Below are positions 26,877-34,940 of a DNA stretch of 64,000 bases, piece by piece (position 1 is the stretch's first letter; each line of letters starts with the position of its first letter). Position numbers and translations under genes: made by a program. Where the stretch lies: the IMG/VR virus record IMGVR_UViG_3300005670_000014, positions 1 to 64,000 of that record. One strand, given 5' to 3'. The notes under the pieces are model-generated. The model saw only the letters and a program-made list of their open reading frames with translations, had not been told where the DNA came from and did not search any database. Source of the DNA: a virus (Duplodnaviria > Caudoviricetes).

Positions 26877-27758
26877 ATGATTACGTTAAAACGTCGAGAA
26901 ATAAAGCCCGTTTTAGTTTCCAATCAAGACGGTAAATTGAAAACGGATTCTTTAATTGTGGCGCGAGTGTTTGAAAAAGAGCATTTTAATCTGATGCGTG
27001 ATATTAGAAACATTACAGAATCAGATACGTATCTGAAGCGAATTAAAAATGGTACACAACCCAATTTTGAATTGTGCTTTAGAATCAATGAATTAGCCAA
27101 TGGTAAAAGAGTTCCTTACTACGAAATGGATCGTCAAGGTTTTGAAATTCTGGCAATGGGCTTTACGGGTGAAAAAGCACTAGAATGGAAATTTAAATAT
27201 TCTGATGCATTTGCTGCAATGGAAGAATTGTTGAAAAAGGAGCGTATTGTTGTTCAAGATAATCCGTTCAATTTGGAAGAGTTAGGTTTGGGATTGTTGC
27301 AAGTTGGATCTGAGCAACGACAAACAGCTAAACAGGTGCGTTGTCGTTGGGTGAACATCTTGCAAAATTCCATTGGTTGTGGAAACATCTGGGTTTGTCG
27401 TTTGACTAATGAAATCTACCAAAGTTTGTTGAATTGTCCGCAAGCAAACGCCAGAAATTTTCGTCAGCACATGAATCTTCCATTGATCTCTGCCATATTT
27501 TTGACGCGGGATCAATTAGAGGGCCACATACAGTCTTTCGTTACCGACATTGAATTGAGTGCAATCAGATTGTATTCTTTAAATCGTGAAGTCACCTTTG
27601 GCGAAATTCGGGAATTTATGTTGGGACAAGCTAAGATGTACCATAAGCAGTTGGTACGAATTGCACAGCAACCACCTTCAGCATTAGTGTTTGATCATGA
27701 ATACAATGTGGTGCCAATTCTTCCATACCGTGGAAGAAGGATGCAACAAACAGAGTAA
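26877..27758 (+). CDS. Rha-family regulator (full length)
   Basis: TDSLIVARVFEKEHFNLMRDI...PNF...YYEMDRQGFEILAMGFTGEKALEWKFKY..AF..ME; GGAG RBS. Confidence 0.85.
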   Translation: MITLKRREIKPVLVSNQDGKLKTDSLIVARVFEKEHFNLMRDIRNITESDTYLKRIKNGTQPNFELCFRINELANGKRVPYYEMDRQGFEILAMGFTGEKALEWKFKYSDAFAAMEELLKKERIVVQDNPFNLEELGLGLLQVGSEQRQTAKQVRCRWVNILQNSIGCGNIWVCRLTNEIYQSLLNCPQANARNFRQHMNLPLISAIFLTRDQLEGHIQSFVTDIELSAIRLYSLNREVTFGEIREFMLGQAKMYHKQLVRIAQQPPSALVFDHEYNVVPILPYRGRRMQQTE

Positions 27759-27867
27759 TACACTCCACTCTGCCAATACGCCGGGGTGATGTAAATTTTC
27801 ATCTTAATCATTGCAATTCATCAGATTTTACAGATAAAGTCTTAACGCCACTTCTCAATCTCGCCCC

Positions 27868-27890
27868 AAAAATCCCGCCCGAAGGCGGGA
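27868..27890 (-). terminator. Intrinsic terminator with UUCG tetraloop
   Basis: Minus strand TCCCGCC-TTCG-GGCGGGA-TTTTT. Confidence 0.8.
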
Positions 27891-27905
27891 GTGGAAGATC
27901 ATAGT

Positions 27906-28025
27906 TTAAACTGCGTGATAATCTCCGGTGAACGAATTGGGCGGGTTAATGATTTCTACAATAATCATCGACCCGATCAGATAGTACGTGTAACCCGGAT
28001 ATTGAAACGTAGTAAAAGGCAGCAT
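27906..28025 (-). CDS. 39-aa peptide (MLPF paralog)
   Basis: MLPFTTFQYPGYTYYLIG...; GGAG RBS. Confidence 0.5.
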   Translation of the reverse strand: MLPFTTFQYPGYTYYLIGSMIIVEIINPPNSFTGDYHAV

Positions 28026-28036
28026 ACAATTCTCCG

Positions 28037-28180
28037 TCACAATAAGTTCAGTTCTAAATCCCACAATGGGAAGGTGAAAACCTTGTACTCATTGACGGGT
28101 TGATGAATCTGCATGACGCAATGTTCAGCCAGCAGATAAAATGTTACGTCATCACCTGGCAAAGCGGCAAATGGTAGCAT
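28037..28180 (-). CDS. 47-aa peptide (MLPF paralog)
   Basis: MLPFAALPGDDVTFYLLA...; GGAG RBS. Confidence 0.5.
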   Translation of the reverse strand: MLPFAALPGDDVTFYLLAEHCVMQIHQPVNEYKVFTFPLWDLELNLL

Positions 28181-28191
28181 GTAAGTCTCCA

Positions 28192-28497
28192 TTATGGTTG
28201 GAAACCAAATTCAGAATCATCGGGGTCGTCATAGCCCCCTTGTTCCGGGCATTCTTCATCGTGCGTATCGGGGTCACAAACACCACCACAATCTGCGCAC
28301 ACCCACACGCTGTTCTCTTTGGACGTGGCAAATCGGTCATAACGACCTTTTGTTTCCAGCGGGTAATCTTCCGTGAGTGCCTTTTGTATGGTTTCGTGGT
28401 ATGCCGTAGCACACCCAGTTTCTTCATCACATGGGAAAAATCCATCTTCCGACCGATAATCTTCCCAACCGGGGCAACCCGTATTGAACATGCACAT
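28192..28497 (-). CDS. Cys-rich (Zn-binding) acidic hypothetical protein
   Basis: C....CP, CADCGGVC...CP; GAGG RBS. Confidence 0.6.
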   Translation of the reverse strand: MCMFNTGCPGWEDYRSEDGFFPCDEETGCATAYHETIQKALTEDYPLETKGRYDRFATSKENSVWVCADCGGVCDPDTHDEECPEQGGYDDPDDSEFGFQP

Positions 28498-28510
28498 GGT
28501 AATTCTCCTC

Positions 28511-28732
28511 TTACGCGGAATAGCGATTAATGATCTGACGATCCACGATGTAATCAAACCCTTGCCGATCTACATCGGCCAGCGTGAATAATGGACGACT
28601 CTCTTCATCCAGCACCACAATGGACACTAGATTTTCACGATGGTCTTGTGCCAACAATTCGTTAGCCCATTCTACCAACGCATCAAATGACGAATCGTTC
28701 TTCCATTGTGCAAATGACATGGCGCGAAGCAT
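28511..28732 (-). CDS. Hypothetical protein
   Basis: GGAG RBS; after a promoter. Confidence 0.65.
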   Translation of the reverse strand: MLRAMSFAQWKNDSSFDALVEWANELLAQDHRENLVSIVVLDEESRPLFTLADVDRQGFDYIVDRQIINRYSA

Positions 28733-28782
28733 ACTTAATTTCTCCGTAGTGTTGGGGTGTTTACGCTTACTGGCGTAAGCGC

Positions 28783-28811
28783 AGTTTAGCACGGTTTAAA
28801 AGAGTTTGCAA
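28783..28811 (-). promoter_or_regulatory. Early promoter with inverted repeat
   Basis: TTGCAA-17-TAAACT with TG; CGCTTAC-TGGC-GTAAGCG. Confidence 0.8.
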
Positions 28812-29117
28812 CTATGGAACGATCTTGGGTGTACGAAGTACCACAAATTCTTCCAATGTCGCACCGAGTTCTTCCATTTTGTCGGCAGTGATCTCCATAC
28901 CCCGTAAATCTGCTGGAATGTTTAATACCAGATGGAAGTAACGTCCTTGTCGATCCCAAATTTCGGCAGCGAGATGGATGGGTAGTGTTCCCAACACCAC
29001 GTCACCTTTTTCGACAGTCTTCACATCGAAATGCTCAACAATCTGAGCATCAAAGCCTTTACGCGCTGCCCAATCTTTGGCACCTTGATGCCGGGTCACA
29101 AAATAAGTCTTAGCCAT
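28812..29117 (-). CDS. csx16: Csx16 (Cas_VVA1548)-family protein, stand-alone; candidate viral ring nuclease
   Basis: TYFVTRHQGAKDWA...VEHFD...GDVVLGTLPIHLAAEI...GRYFHLVL.IP..LRG.EIT...M...GATLEEF covers the whole Csx16 pattern. Confidence 0.85.
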   Translation of the reverse strand: MAKTYFVTRHQGAKDWAARKGFDAQIVEHFDVKTVEKGDVVLGTLPIHLAAEIWDRQGRYFHLVLNIPADLRGMEITADKMEELGATLEEFVVLRTPKIVP

Positions 29118-29118
29118 G

Positions 29119-29199
29119 TTAGCGATCTCGTCTAAAAGTAGTGGACAAAATATAAAGAATCATGCCGAAAATAACGGCAAGCATAATGATCTCACTCAT
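29119..29199 (-). CDS. 26-aa single-pass membrane peptide
   Basis: MSEIIMLAVIFGMILYILSTTFRRDR; GGAGG RBS. Confidence 0.5.
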   Translation of the reverse strand: MSEIIMLAVIFGMILYILSTTFRRDR

Positions 29200-29257
29200 C
29201 AAACACCTCCATTAATTCGTGGATAAAAGCCATCCTTGGCTCAAGAATGCTGTTTAG

Positions 29258-29908
29258 CTAGTTTTTGAATTGCCGCCAGCACTCTCTAACATGGTCTACA
29301 ACATTCATCGGATTATGACCTCCGATCTTGTTGCGTGGATGTTCTTCATCAATCCATGGGGAGTCGTTATACTCTAGCCAGTGCCAAAATTGGTTTTGGA
29401 CTCTGGCTACAGCTTCTTTACCACCCAAGTCGCCTTCACACGCGACTAGCCATTCACGTCTGACGTATACGGGATGCGTCGGCAGTATAAATTCTGCTGA
29501 TGTAGCGGGGATGCTACCTTCGGGCCGCTTGACATCTACCCACCACGCATACGGTGCGTGTTGGTAATTCTTCAATTCACTATCTAACACTGGAAAATCT
29601 TCCAGTGCTGATGCACCCAAGCACAAGTAGCCGTAGTAATCTCCATCCTCAACGAGTTCGTCATCATCCGTGGGAAACGGAATCTCGGCAATGAACACAG
29701 TGATCTCCACCGGACCCAATCTGTGTTCCGGGTCAATGGTATCCCACAGCGGGATGGGTGTCTTAACCTTCCATAGTTGGCCCACATTTGCATCTTTCGG
29801 CTGTACATGTGCAAAGTCTGCCCGTGCTTTGGTGGTGCGGGCGATGGCGTCTTTCACGAACGCTGGAACTTCTACCACTTGAGCAGTGGCCTTTTGAAAC
29901 TCGGACAT
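29258..29908 (-). CDS. Hypothetical protein
   Basis: GGAG RBS. Confidence 0.7.
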   Translation of the reverse strand: MSEFQKATAQVVEVPAFVKDAIARTTKARADFAHVQPKDANVGQLWKVKTPIPLWDTIDPEHRLGPVEITVFIAEIPFPTDDDELVEDGDYYGYLCLGASALEDFPVLDSELKNYQHAPYAWWVDVKRPEGSIPATSAEFILPTHPVYVRREWLVACEGDLGGKEAVARVQNQFWHWLEYNDSPWIDEEHPRNKIGGHNPMNVVDHVRECWRQFKN

Positions 29909-30012
29909 GGAGTATCTCCGGGTGGATGAAACAACAAATGGGTTTTAATGCAAGCATACCTTGTGACGACATGCTTGCATTAAAACCCACTCTTGCGAGT
30001 GGGTTATGGGGA

Positions 30013-30888
30013 TTACGCCGCCTTGGCCGCCTTGGCCGCTTTGCCCGACTTGCCAGTCTTGACAACTGGGGGCTTGATGACCTTAACGGTAGCATCCGGC
30101 TTGGCAGTCTCGGGCTTGGTCTCTGCCGCTTTAGCCAAAGTAGCGGCCTTTTGCGCCTGGACTTTCTTCATCGCCGCTTGTGCAGCCGTGGCGAAGTCTT
30201 TAGCACCCGACAATCGCTTGGCAACGGTCAAGCCACCTTCCGCTAGCAAGTTAGCAAATTTCTTTTGCGACTCAATGGCTTGCAGCACCTCATCGGTGGG
30301 CAACAATTCTTGATTTTCATGGAAGCAGCGAATCTCGGATGCACTCCCATCCATAGCGTAGTCTTCCATGCAGCCGTAATCTAGTGTGGTATACGCTGAT
30401 GGAATCTTAGTAATGGGCGCACCCACCTTTACTGAACGGGAAGTACCTACCCACAACGATTGGGTAGCGGCCATTCTCCAGCTTTGCGCCCACGCAATGA
30501 ACTCTTGTGGCCTACCCGTCTTGGCAGCATCCTTACTCTTGTGCCGATCCACCTTTGACTTGCTGTTGGCGTTAAACGCCAATACAAATCTGGGTGCTGT
30601 TCCGCAAGCATAGCCTACGCTCACGGGATCGGCAATCGTTTGGTATTCTTTGGGGATGAATTCCCCTTTTTGGAAAGTTTCCCAGTTCTCCAGCATCCAT
30701 GCGATTGTGGGGAAATTCCCTGCGTTGCACAAAAGGTGTGCGAACATATTCGCTTCCATGCTCTTATTACTCACCGCCAAACCTGCGGTTGCCGTAGCAC
30801 ACCGTTTCAATTCTAGCCCGGTGATCTGTTTGATCAGTACCAAAGCCTCTTCGCGTTGTTGCTTCACTAAACTGTTATCTTTAGCCAT
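30013..30888 (-). CDS. Hypothetical protein with Lys/Ala-rich (histone H1-like) tail
   Basis: GGAG RBS before MAKDNS; tail KAAETKPETAKP...KTGKSGKAAKAAKAA. Confidence 0.7.
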   Translation of the reverse strand: MAKDNSLVKQQREEALVLIKQITGLELKRCATATAGLAVSNKSMEANMFAHLLCNAGNFPTIAWMLENWETFQKGEFIPKEYQTIADPVSVGYACGTAPRFVLAFNANSKSKVDRHKSKDAAKTGRPQEFIAWAQSWRMAATQSLWVGTSRSVKVGAPITKIPSAYTTLDYGCMEDYAMDGSASEIRCFHENQELLPTDEVLQAIESQKKFANLLAEGGLTVAKRLSGAKDFATAAQAAMKKVQAQKAATLAKAAETKPETAKPDATVKVIKPPVVKTGKSGKAAKAAKAA

Positions 30889-30968
30889 GCTATATTCTCC
30901 GCAGCGCATTAAAGCGCATTTAAAAGTCTCAAAAAAAGCGCCATGCATTGCCATGCTGGCGCAAATGG

Positions 30969-30997
30969 ATTTTAGCACACTCGAAAAGAATGTGCAA
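30969..30997 (-). promoter_or_regulatory. Early promoter
   Basis: TTGCAC-17-TAAAAT with TG; CCATGC-TGGC-GC at the conserved position. Confidence 0.75.
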
Positions 30998-31006
30998 CGG
31001 TTAATT

Positions 31007-31174
31007 TTAAAATTCTGGCAATGCAATTACATCCAGCACTTCATCTGCCCATGTAGCTGCTTTCAGCACCTGATGCTTAGCATCCGCCTCATTAACAGCC
31101 ATCAGACACAAATTGATTTCCGTTCCATGGAAATCATCTTCAATAACATACACCACCACGATGAATTCTTTCAT
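31007..31174 (-). CDS. 55-aa hypothetical protein
   Basis: MKEFIVVVCII...; GGAG RBS; below the cutoff. Confidence 0.6.
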   Translation of the reverse strand: MKEFIVVVYVIEDDFHGTEINLCLMAVNEADAKHQVLKAATWADEVLDVIALPEF

Positions 31175-31223
31175 GACGTATTCTCCGTAAATGCGCTAGT
31201 CCACTATGTGCTGGCGCGTTTGC

Positions 31224-31252
31224 AGCATAACATGCTGCGGAAGAGTTTGCAA
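31224..31252 (-). promoter_or_regulatory. Early promoter
   Basis: TTGCAA-17-TATGCT with TG; TGGC at 31212-15. Confidence 0.75.
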
Positions 31253-31260
31253 CTATTTCG

Positions 31261-31470
31261 TTAAGAGTGTTGCAAACTATTTGCAGAACTAAATGCACGA
31301 TCTCCGTGCTTATCCCAACATGATGGGTAAATCACCTGTTGTTTCCGGCTCTCATAAAAGCCGGAACCATCCAAAAAGAGCGTCAACATTACATCGGGTG
31401 CTAAGATGATGTTGATGCCAGTATCTTTGTATCCAAATGATGCGAATTTCTCCGCCATTGAACCGTTCAT
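31261..31470 (-). CDS. Hypothetical protein
   Basis: AAGGAG RBS. Confidence 0.6.
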   Translation of the reverse strand: MNGSMAEKFASFGYKDTGINIILAPDVMLTLFLDGSGFYESRKQQVIYPSCWDKHGDRAFSSANSLQHS

Positions 31471-31649
31471 GTTAACTCCTTATAAATCACATCGTCCAAA
31501 TATCTGGACGCTTGGGTGTAAGTGACTTTAAATTCTTTAGCAAAGTCACACAAAAAGGCGTGGGTTGCAGCGGGGGACGTCTTGCCACGCAAGATGAAAT
31601 CCATCACACGCTCTTTGCATTTCAAATCCAATGCGCTCATCTGACTCAT
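31467..31649 (-). CDS. Hypothetical protein
   Basis: ATGA overlap with the upstream gene. Confidence 0.55.
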   Translation of the reverse strand: MSQMSALDLKCKERVMDFILRGKTSPAATHAFLCDFAKEFKVTYTQASRYLDDVIYKELT

Positions 31650-31957
31650 TTCCAATCCTCCATCTCTGCTAGTTCATCGTAGTACAACTCTGTTTCCTCG
31701 TCATAGTCATCATCTGACCATTTCTGGGCAGTAGTTTGGAATGATGAAAAATTAGCCAAGTTGCTCAAGTAGAACATTTTGAACATCTTGGTTTTGCCGG
31801 TAACATCATCCCAATCCAGCAAGTTTTCTTCGTACACATACGATCCATCCTTGAGTTTATGGATGACATCCGATTCTTCCATGGGTTCGAATCTGGATTC
31901 GACAACATTTTGTAAATCTAACTGCTGATTTTCTACAACCATGTGGGCTAACGACAT
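31646..31957 (-). CDS. Acidic hypothetical protein
   Basis: GGAG RBS before MSLAHM. Confidence 0.6.
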   Translation of the reverse strand: MSLAHMVVENQQLDLQNVVESRFEPMEESDVIHKLKDGSYVYEENLLDWDDVTGKTKMFKMFYLSNLANFSSFQTTAQKWSDDDYDEETELYYDELAEMEDWK

Positions 31958-32045
31958 GACAATATCTCCAGTTGTGGATGGGTACATCGGTATATACATT
32001 TGCATATACCGATGTACCCACTCTTGCGAGTGGGTACTAAAACTC

Positions 32046-32282
32046 TTACACGGCCATATCCAATCGGAAAACCATCTTCCGATAGCTTTCCAACTTCTGC
32101 CGCTTGGGCTGCAAGTAGTCTTTACGATCACGGTTGCGCGATCCCATCTTGGAACCATCGCGCACTTCCTTAGCGCAATTCTCCAACAGCCGTGCCAACC
32201 ACATGGCATCTCCAGTTTGCCATGCGTGATACAGCGGCAAATCTTTGGATTTCGTTTGTGGACTACGGAAAGTTCTGCTCAT
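32046..32282 (-). CDS. Basic hypothetical protein
   Basis: GGAGGT RBS before MSRTFR. Confidence 0.6.
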   Translation of the reverse strand: MSRTFRSPQTKSKDLPLYHAWQTGDAMWLARLLENCAKEVRDGSKMGSRNRDRKDYLQPKRQKLESYRKMVFRLDMAV

Positions 32283-32283
32283 T

Positions 32284-32523
32284 TCACACCTCCCAAGCTG
32301 ACCAATCAAAGTCGGCAGATTTCACAATCCAGTTGCCATCTTTAAAAATGGCGCTTTTCGCTTCCAAACCTTTGCCGCATTTCTCCACGGCGGCAACTGC
32401 ATAGTCCATGACTTCTTGAGCCGTAGCATCCTTACCAACCCGTCCGTAGTAGACGGGGTTGGACTCTCCCCATTGGACAAGCACTTGCCCTTTGGGGTTG
32501 GGCAGTTTAAATTCTTTCAGCAT
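32284..32523 (-). CDS. Hypothetical protein
   Basis: GAGG RBS before MLKEFK. Confidence 0.6.
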   Translation of the reverse strand: MLKEFKLPNPKGQVLVQWGESNPVYYGRVGKDATAQEVMDYAVAAVEKCGKGLEAKSAIFKDGNWIVKSADFDWSAWEV

Positions 32524-32617
32524 GGCATTTTCCTCTTTTATGGATGGGTACATCAGTAAGTACATCTTGCACTTACTGATGTACCCACACCTTTCACAGT
32601 GTGGGTACGGAAACGAA

Positions 32618-32854
32618 TTACTCGATAATCTCATTGGGGACAGCACCGCCCCAATCTTCCAGCCGCAACCGGAATTTATCTGACGGATATGCTGCACGAA
32701 TCCGTTTTAGCTCTTTCAAAGCCGACTCTCGTGTAATGGGACGCATGACTTTGAAATCTACGAATTCACCCGTTTCCAGGATCTCAATGACCGCATTATC
32801 CACATTTCCGGGAATTAAGAACGGACGACTAAAAACCGGAATTGAATAGTTCAT
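32618..32854 (-). CDS. Hypothetical protein
   Basis: GGAG RBS before MNYSIP. Confidence 0.6.
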   Translation of the reverse strand: MNYSIPVFSRPFLIPGNVDNAVIEILETGEFVDFKVMRPITRESALKELKRIRAAYPSDKFRLRLEDWGGAVPNEIIE

Positions 32855-33078
32855 TACAGTTTCTCCACGACGATGGTGATCGTTTCCTGCTCGTTTGAGC
32901 AACTAAATCCTTCGCGCACACTTCCTTGTATGCTATACCCTTTTTGCTGCAAAAGCCCGCGAAGCTCTTTCAAAAACTGCACCATCTTGGTGCCATCTTT
33001 GACATCTGTCATCCGACGACCTTGCCGCAGCACATCTACAGCATACGAATTACGGGGTAAAATACCTGTCAAGTTCAT
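32854..33078 (-). CDS. Hypothetical protein
   Basis: GGAG RBS before MNLTGI. Confidence 0.6.
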   Translation of the reverse strand: MNLTGILPRNSYAVDVLRQGRRMTDVKDGTKMVQFLKELRGLLQQKGYSIQGSVREGFSCSNEQETITIVVEKL

Positions 33079-33155
33079 GTCAATTCTCCGTGGTTGTGGG
33101 GGTAAAGTCTCTTCATTCGGTGGTACGAATGAACGCACCACCTGATGAAATTACT

Positions 33156-33503
33156 CTACATGGAAATTAAGCAATCTTTGCGTGGCGAATACTTGAATTT
33201 CCATTGTTTATTATCTTTTAGTCCCGTGAATACGTATTTTTTGGATACGATTTGGGCCTTGACATCAGCATATCCATTCTTTTCCAGTGTTCGACACAGT
33301 GTGTTACGATCTTTCACCGGAAGTTTGGAATGCCAATCTTCCGATACCCATGATATTGCTCTTTGTGGCTCTCCATTTTCGTTGGTGCCGCAAATCAGCA
33401 AATCCAATTCTGGCTTACTTTGCACAACGTAAGCGATACACTCATCTTTCGATCCATAAAACCGGAACGATCCCCCGCATTCTTGCACGATTACGAAGTT
33501 CAT
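33156..33503 (-). CDS. Hypothetical protein
   Basis: GGAG RBS before MNFVIV. Confidence 0.65.
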   Translation of the reverse strand: MNFVIVQECGGSFRFYGSKDECIAYVVQSKPELDLLICGTNENGEPQRAISWVSEDWHSKLPVKDRNTLCRTLEKNGYADVKAQIVSKKYVFTGLKDNKQWKFKYSPRKDCLISM

Positions 33504-33505
33504 GA

Positions 33506-33613
33506 TCAATTCTCCGTCAGTTCTTTGATTGAAGTGGGTCTTTGTAGCCATAAATTGGCTACAAATAAATATGCCAAAGTCTGCGCTCTGGCAAACGCTT
33601 GCTCTTTACTCAT
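33506..33613 (-). CDS. 35-aa peptide
   Basis: MSKEQAFARAQTLAYLFVANLW...; GGAG RBS. Confidence 0.45.
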   Translation of the reverse strand: MSKEQAFARAQTLAYLFVANLWLQRPTSIKELTEN

Positions 33614-33681
33614 GTTAATTCTCCGTGGTGGACAAAATAAACTCAACAATAGCCGCATAAGAACGCGGCTATCAGCAAAGT

Positions 33682-33921
33682 TTATTCAGCCTGCATCTGA
33701 GCAGCTTCTAATTCAGCTTGCATCTCATCGAATTCTTTTGTCCATGCATGTCCATTCCATTCGATCTGGCGTCCGTTGCTCCCTTTAACGAAATGGGTAT
33801 ACATCACCCCATGTTCATGTGTCACCTTCACTAAGTACAAGTGAATCTGTTTTCCGTCAAATTTGACGTAGTTGGGGTCATTCTCAACAACCCGGAACAA
33901 TGCTTTAGTCTGATACATCAT
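33682..33921 (-). CDS. Hypothetical protein
   Basis: GGAG RBS; after a promoter. Confidence 0.65.
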   Translation of the reverse strand: MMYQTKALFRVVENDPNYVKFDGKQIHLYLVKVTHEHGVMYTHFVKGSNGRQIEWNGHAWTKEFDEMQAELEAAQMQAE

Positions 33922-33984
33922 AATTCTCCCGAAAGTTAAAACATCTTAAATAAGTACGCCAAGCTATATAGCTTGGCGCAACCC

Positions 33985-34013
33985 ATTTTAAATCCGATTG
34001 AAAGAGTTTGCAA
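33985..34013 (-). promoter_or_regulatory. Early promoter with inverted repeat
   Basis: TTGCAA-17-TAAAAT; CGCCAAGCT-ATAT-AGCTTGGCG. Confidence 0.7.
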
Positions 34014-34103
34014 ACATTATTTTCATGACATCTGAAAATAATTTGCCCAAAAACATAGACATAGCGTTCAACGCCATGTCCACGTCTGCTCCCAAATTCC
34101 ATG

Positions 34104-34253
34104 TCAGAAGCTGTGAATAATCTGCTCGCGCAAACCCATCAAGAGTTTGAACTCAAATTCTCGTACCACGCTTTTCTTAGCGTGGACAAAATGCCGACAA
34201 CCTCCATGTTGAAGTTTCCAGCACACGAATCCCACACGTATAAGAGTGTTCAT
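34104..34253 (-). CDS. 49-aa hypothetical protein
   Basis: MNTLIRVGFVCW...; GGAG RBS. Confidence 0.45.
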   Translation of the reverse strand: MNTLIRVGFVCWKLQHGGCRHFVHAKKSVVREFEFKLLMGLREQIIHSF

Positions 34254-34267
34254 GCCAATTCTCCCAG

Positions 34268-34807
34268 TTAAACTTTACTTTGCAAACACAACTTGTAAAG
34301 CTCAAGATCAAATTCTCCACGCCGCCAGTCTTCGAATAACTCCAACGCATCGAAGAGGAATTGTGTTTCTTTGAACAGCATGGGAAAACCACGACCCCCT
34401 TTAGCCGCACCATCGAAGATACCAAATTCTCGCATACAGTTCTCCCATTCCCGACCATGCGGATATACGGTTATCTTCATTAGCGAAGCATTGAAGTACT
34501 TTTTCTGGATAATCCCATGACACACCTCATGAACTGCCGTGTGTGCCACCTGATAAAACAAATCTAGTTGATTTTCAATTCTTCGTAAATCCACGATGGT
34601 AGCGGGAGACAGCGTCACCGACGAAATCCCTTTGTCGTAGTAGTACGTACACGATCCTAAAGAACGTGCTCTGGAATCTTTACCGATGCTGATGTGTTCA
34701 GCATCTCGACCCCGCAGCATTTTGCTTTTCGTAACAAAAAGTTGGAAAAGGTACCATGCTGAGTTGATTTCGTTCTGCCGGTTTGAAACTTTGCAAAAAG
34801 CTTTCAT
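34268..34807 (-). CDS. SprT-like zinc metalloprotease
   Basis: HEVCH (HExxH) followed by PHGREW...M..FG. Confidence 0.7.
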   Translation of the reverse strand: MKAFCKVSNRQNEINSAWYLFQLFVTKSKMLRGRDAEHISIGKDSRARSLGSCTYYYDKGISSVTLSPATIVDLRRIENQLDLFYQVAHTAVHEVCHGIIQKKYFNASLMKITVYPHGREWENCMREFGIFDGAAKGGRGFPMLFKETQFLFDALELFEDWRRGEFDLELYKLCLQSKV

Positions 34808-34940
34808 GACTCAATTCCCCAAGTGAGTAGAGCGATCACATGCTCTCTGAAAAGACAAAAATCTCTGAAAAAGACAGTTGAAAAAACGTCGGGAAAAACA
34901 ACTGTTATTCCCGACGTGATTTGTTTCATATGAAACAAAT

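Noticed and set aside
12678-28811. N4-like virion RNA polymerase system
   Set aside because: The hairpins lie inside clear sigma70 -35/-10 promoters, and no single-subunit RNAP gene is in the window. Kept only as an analogy.
31884-31893. tRNA T-loop-like GGTTCGAATC
   Set aside because: It lies inside a CDS, with no acceptor stem, D-arm or cloverleaf around it.
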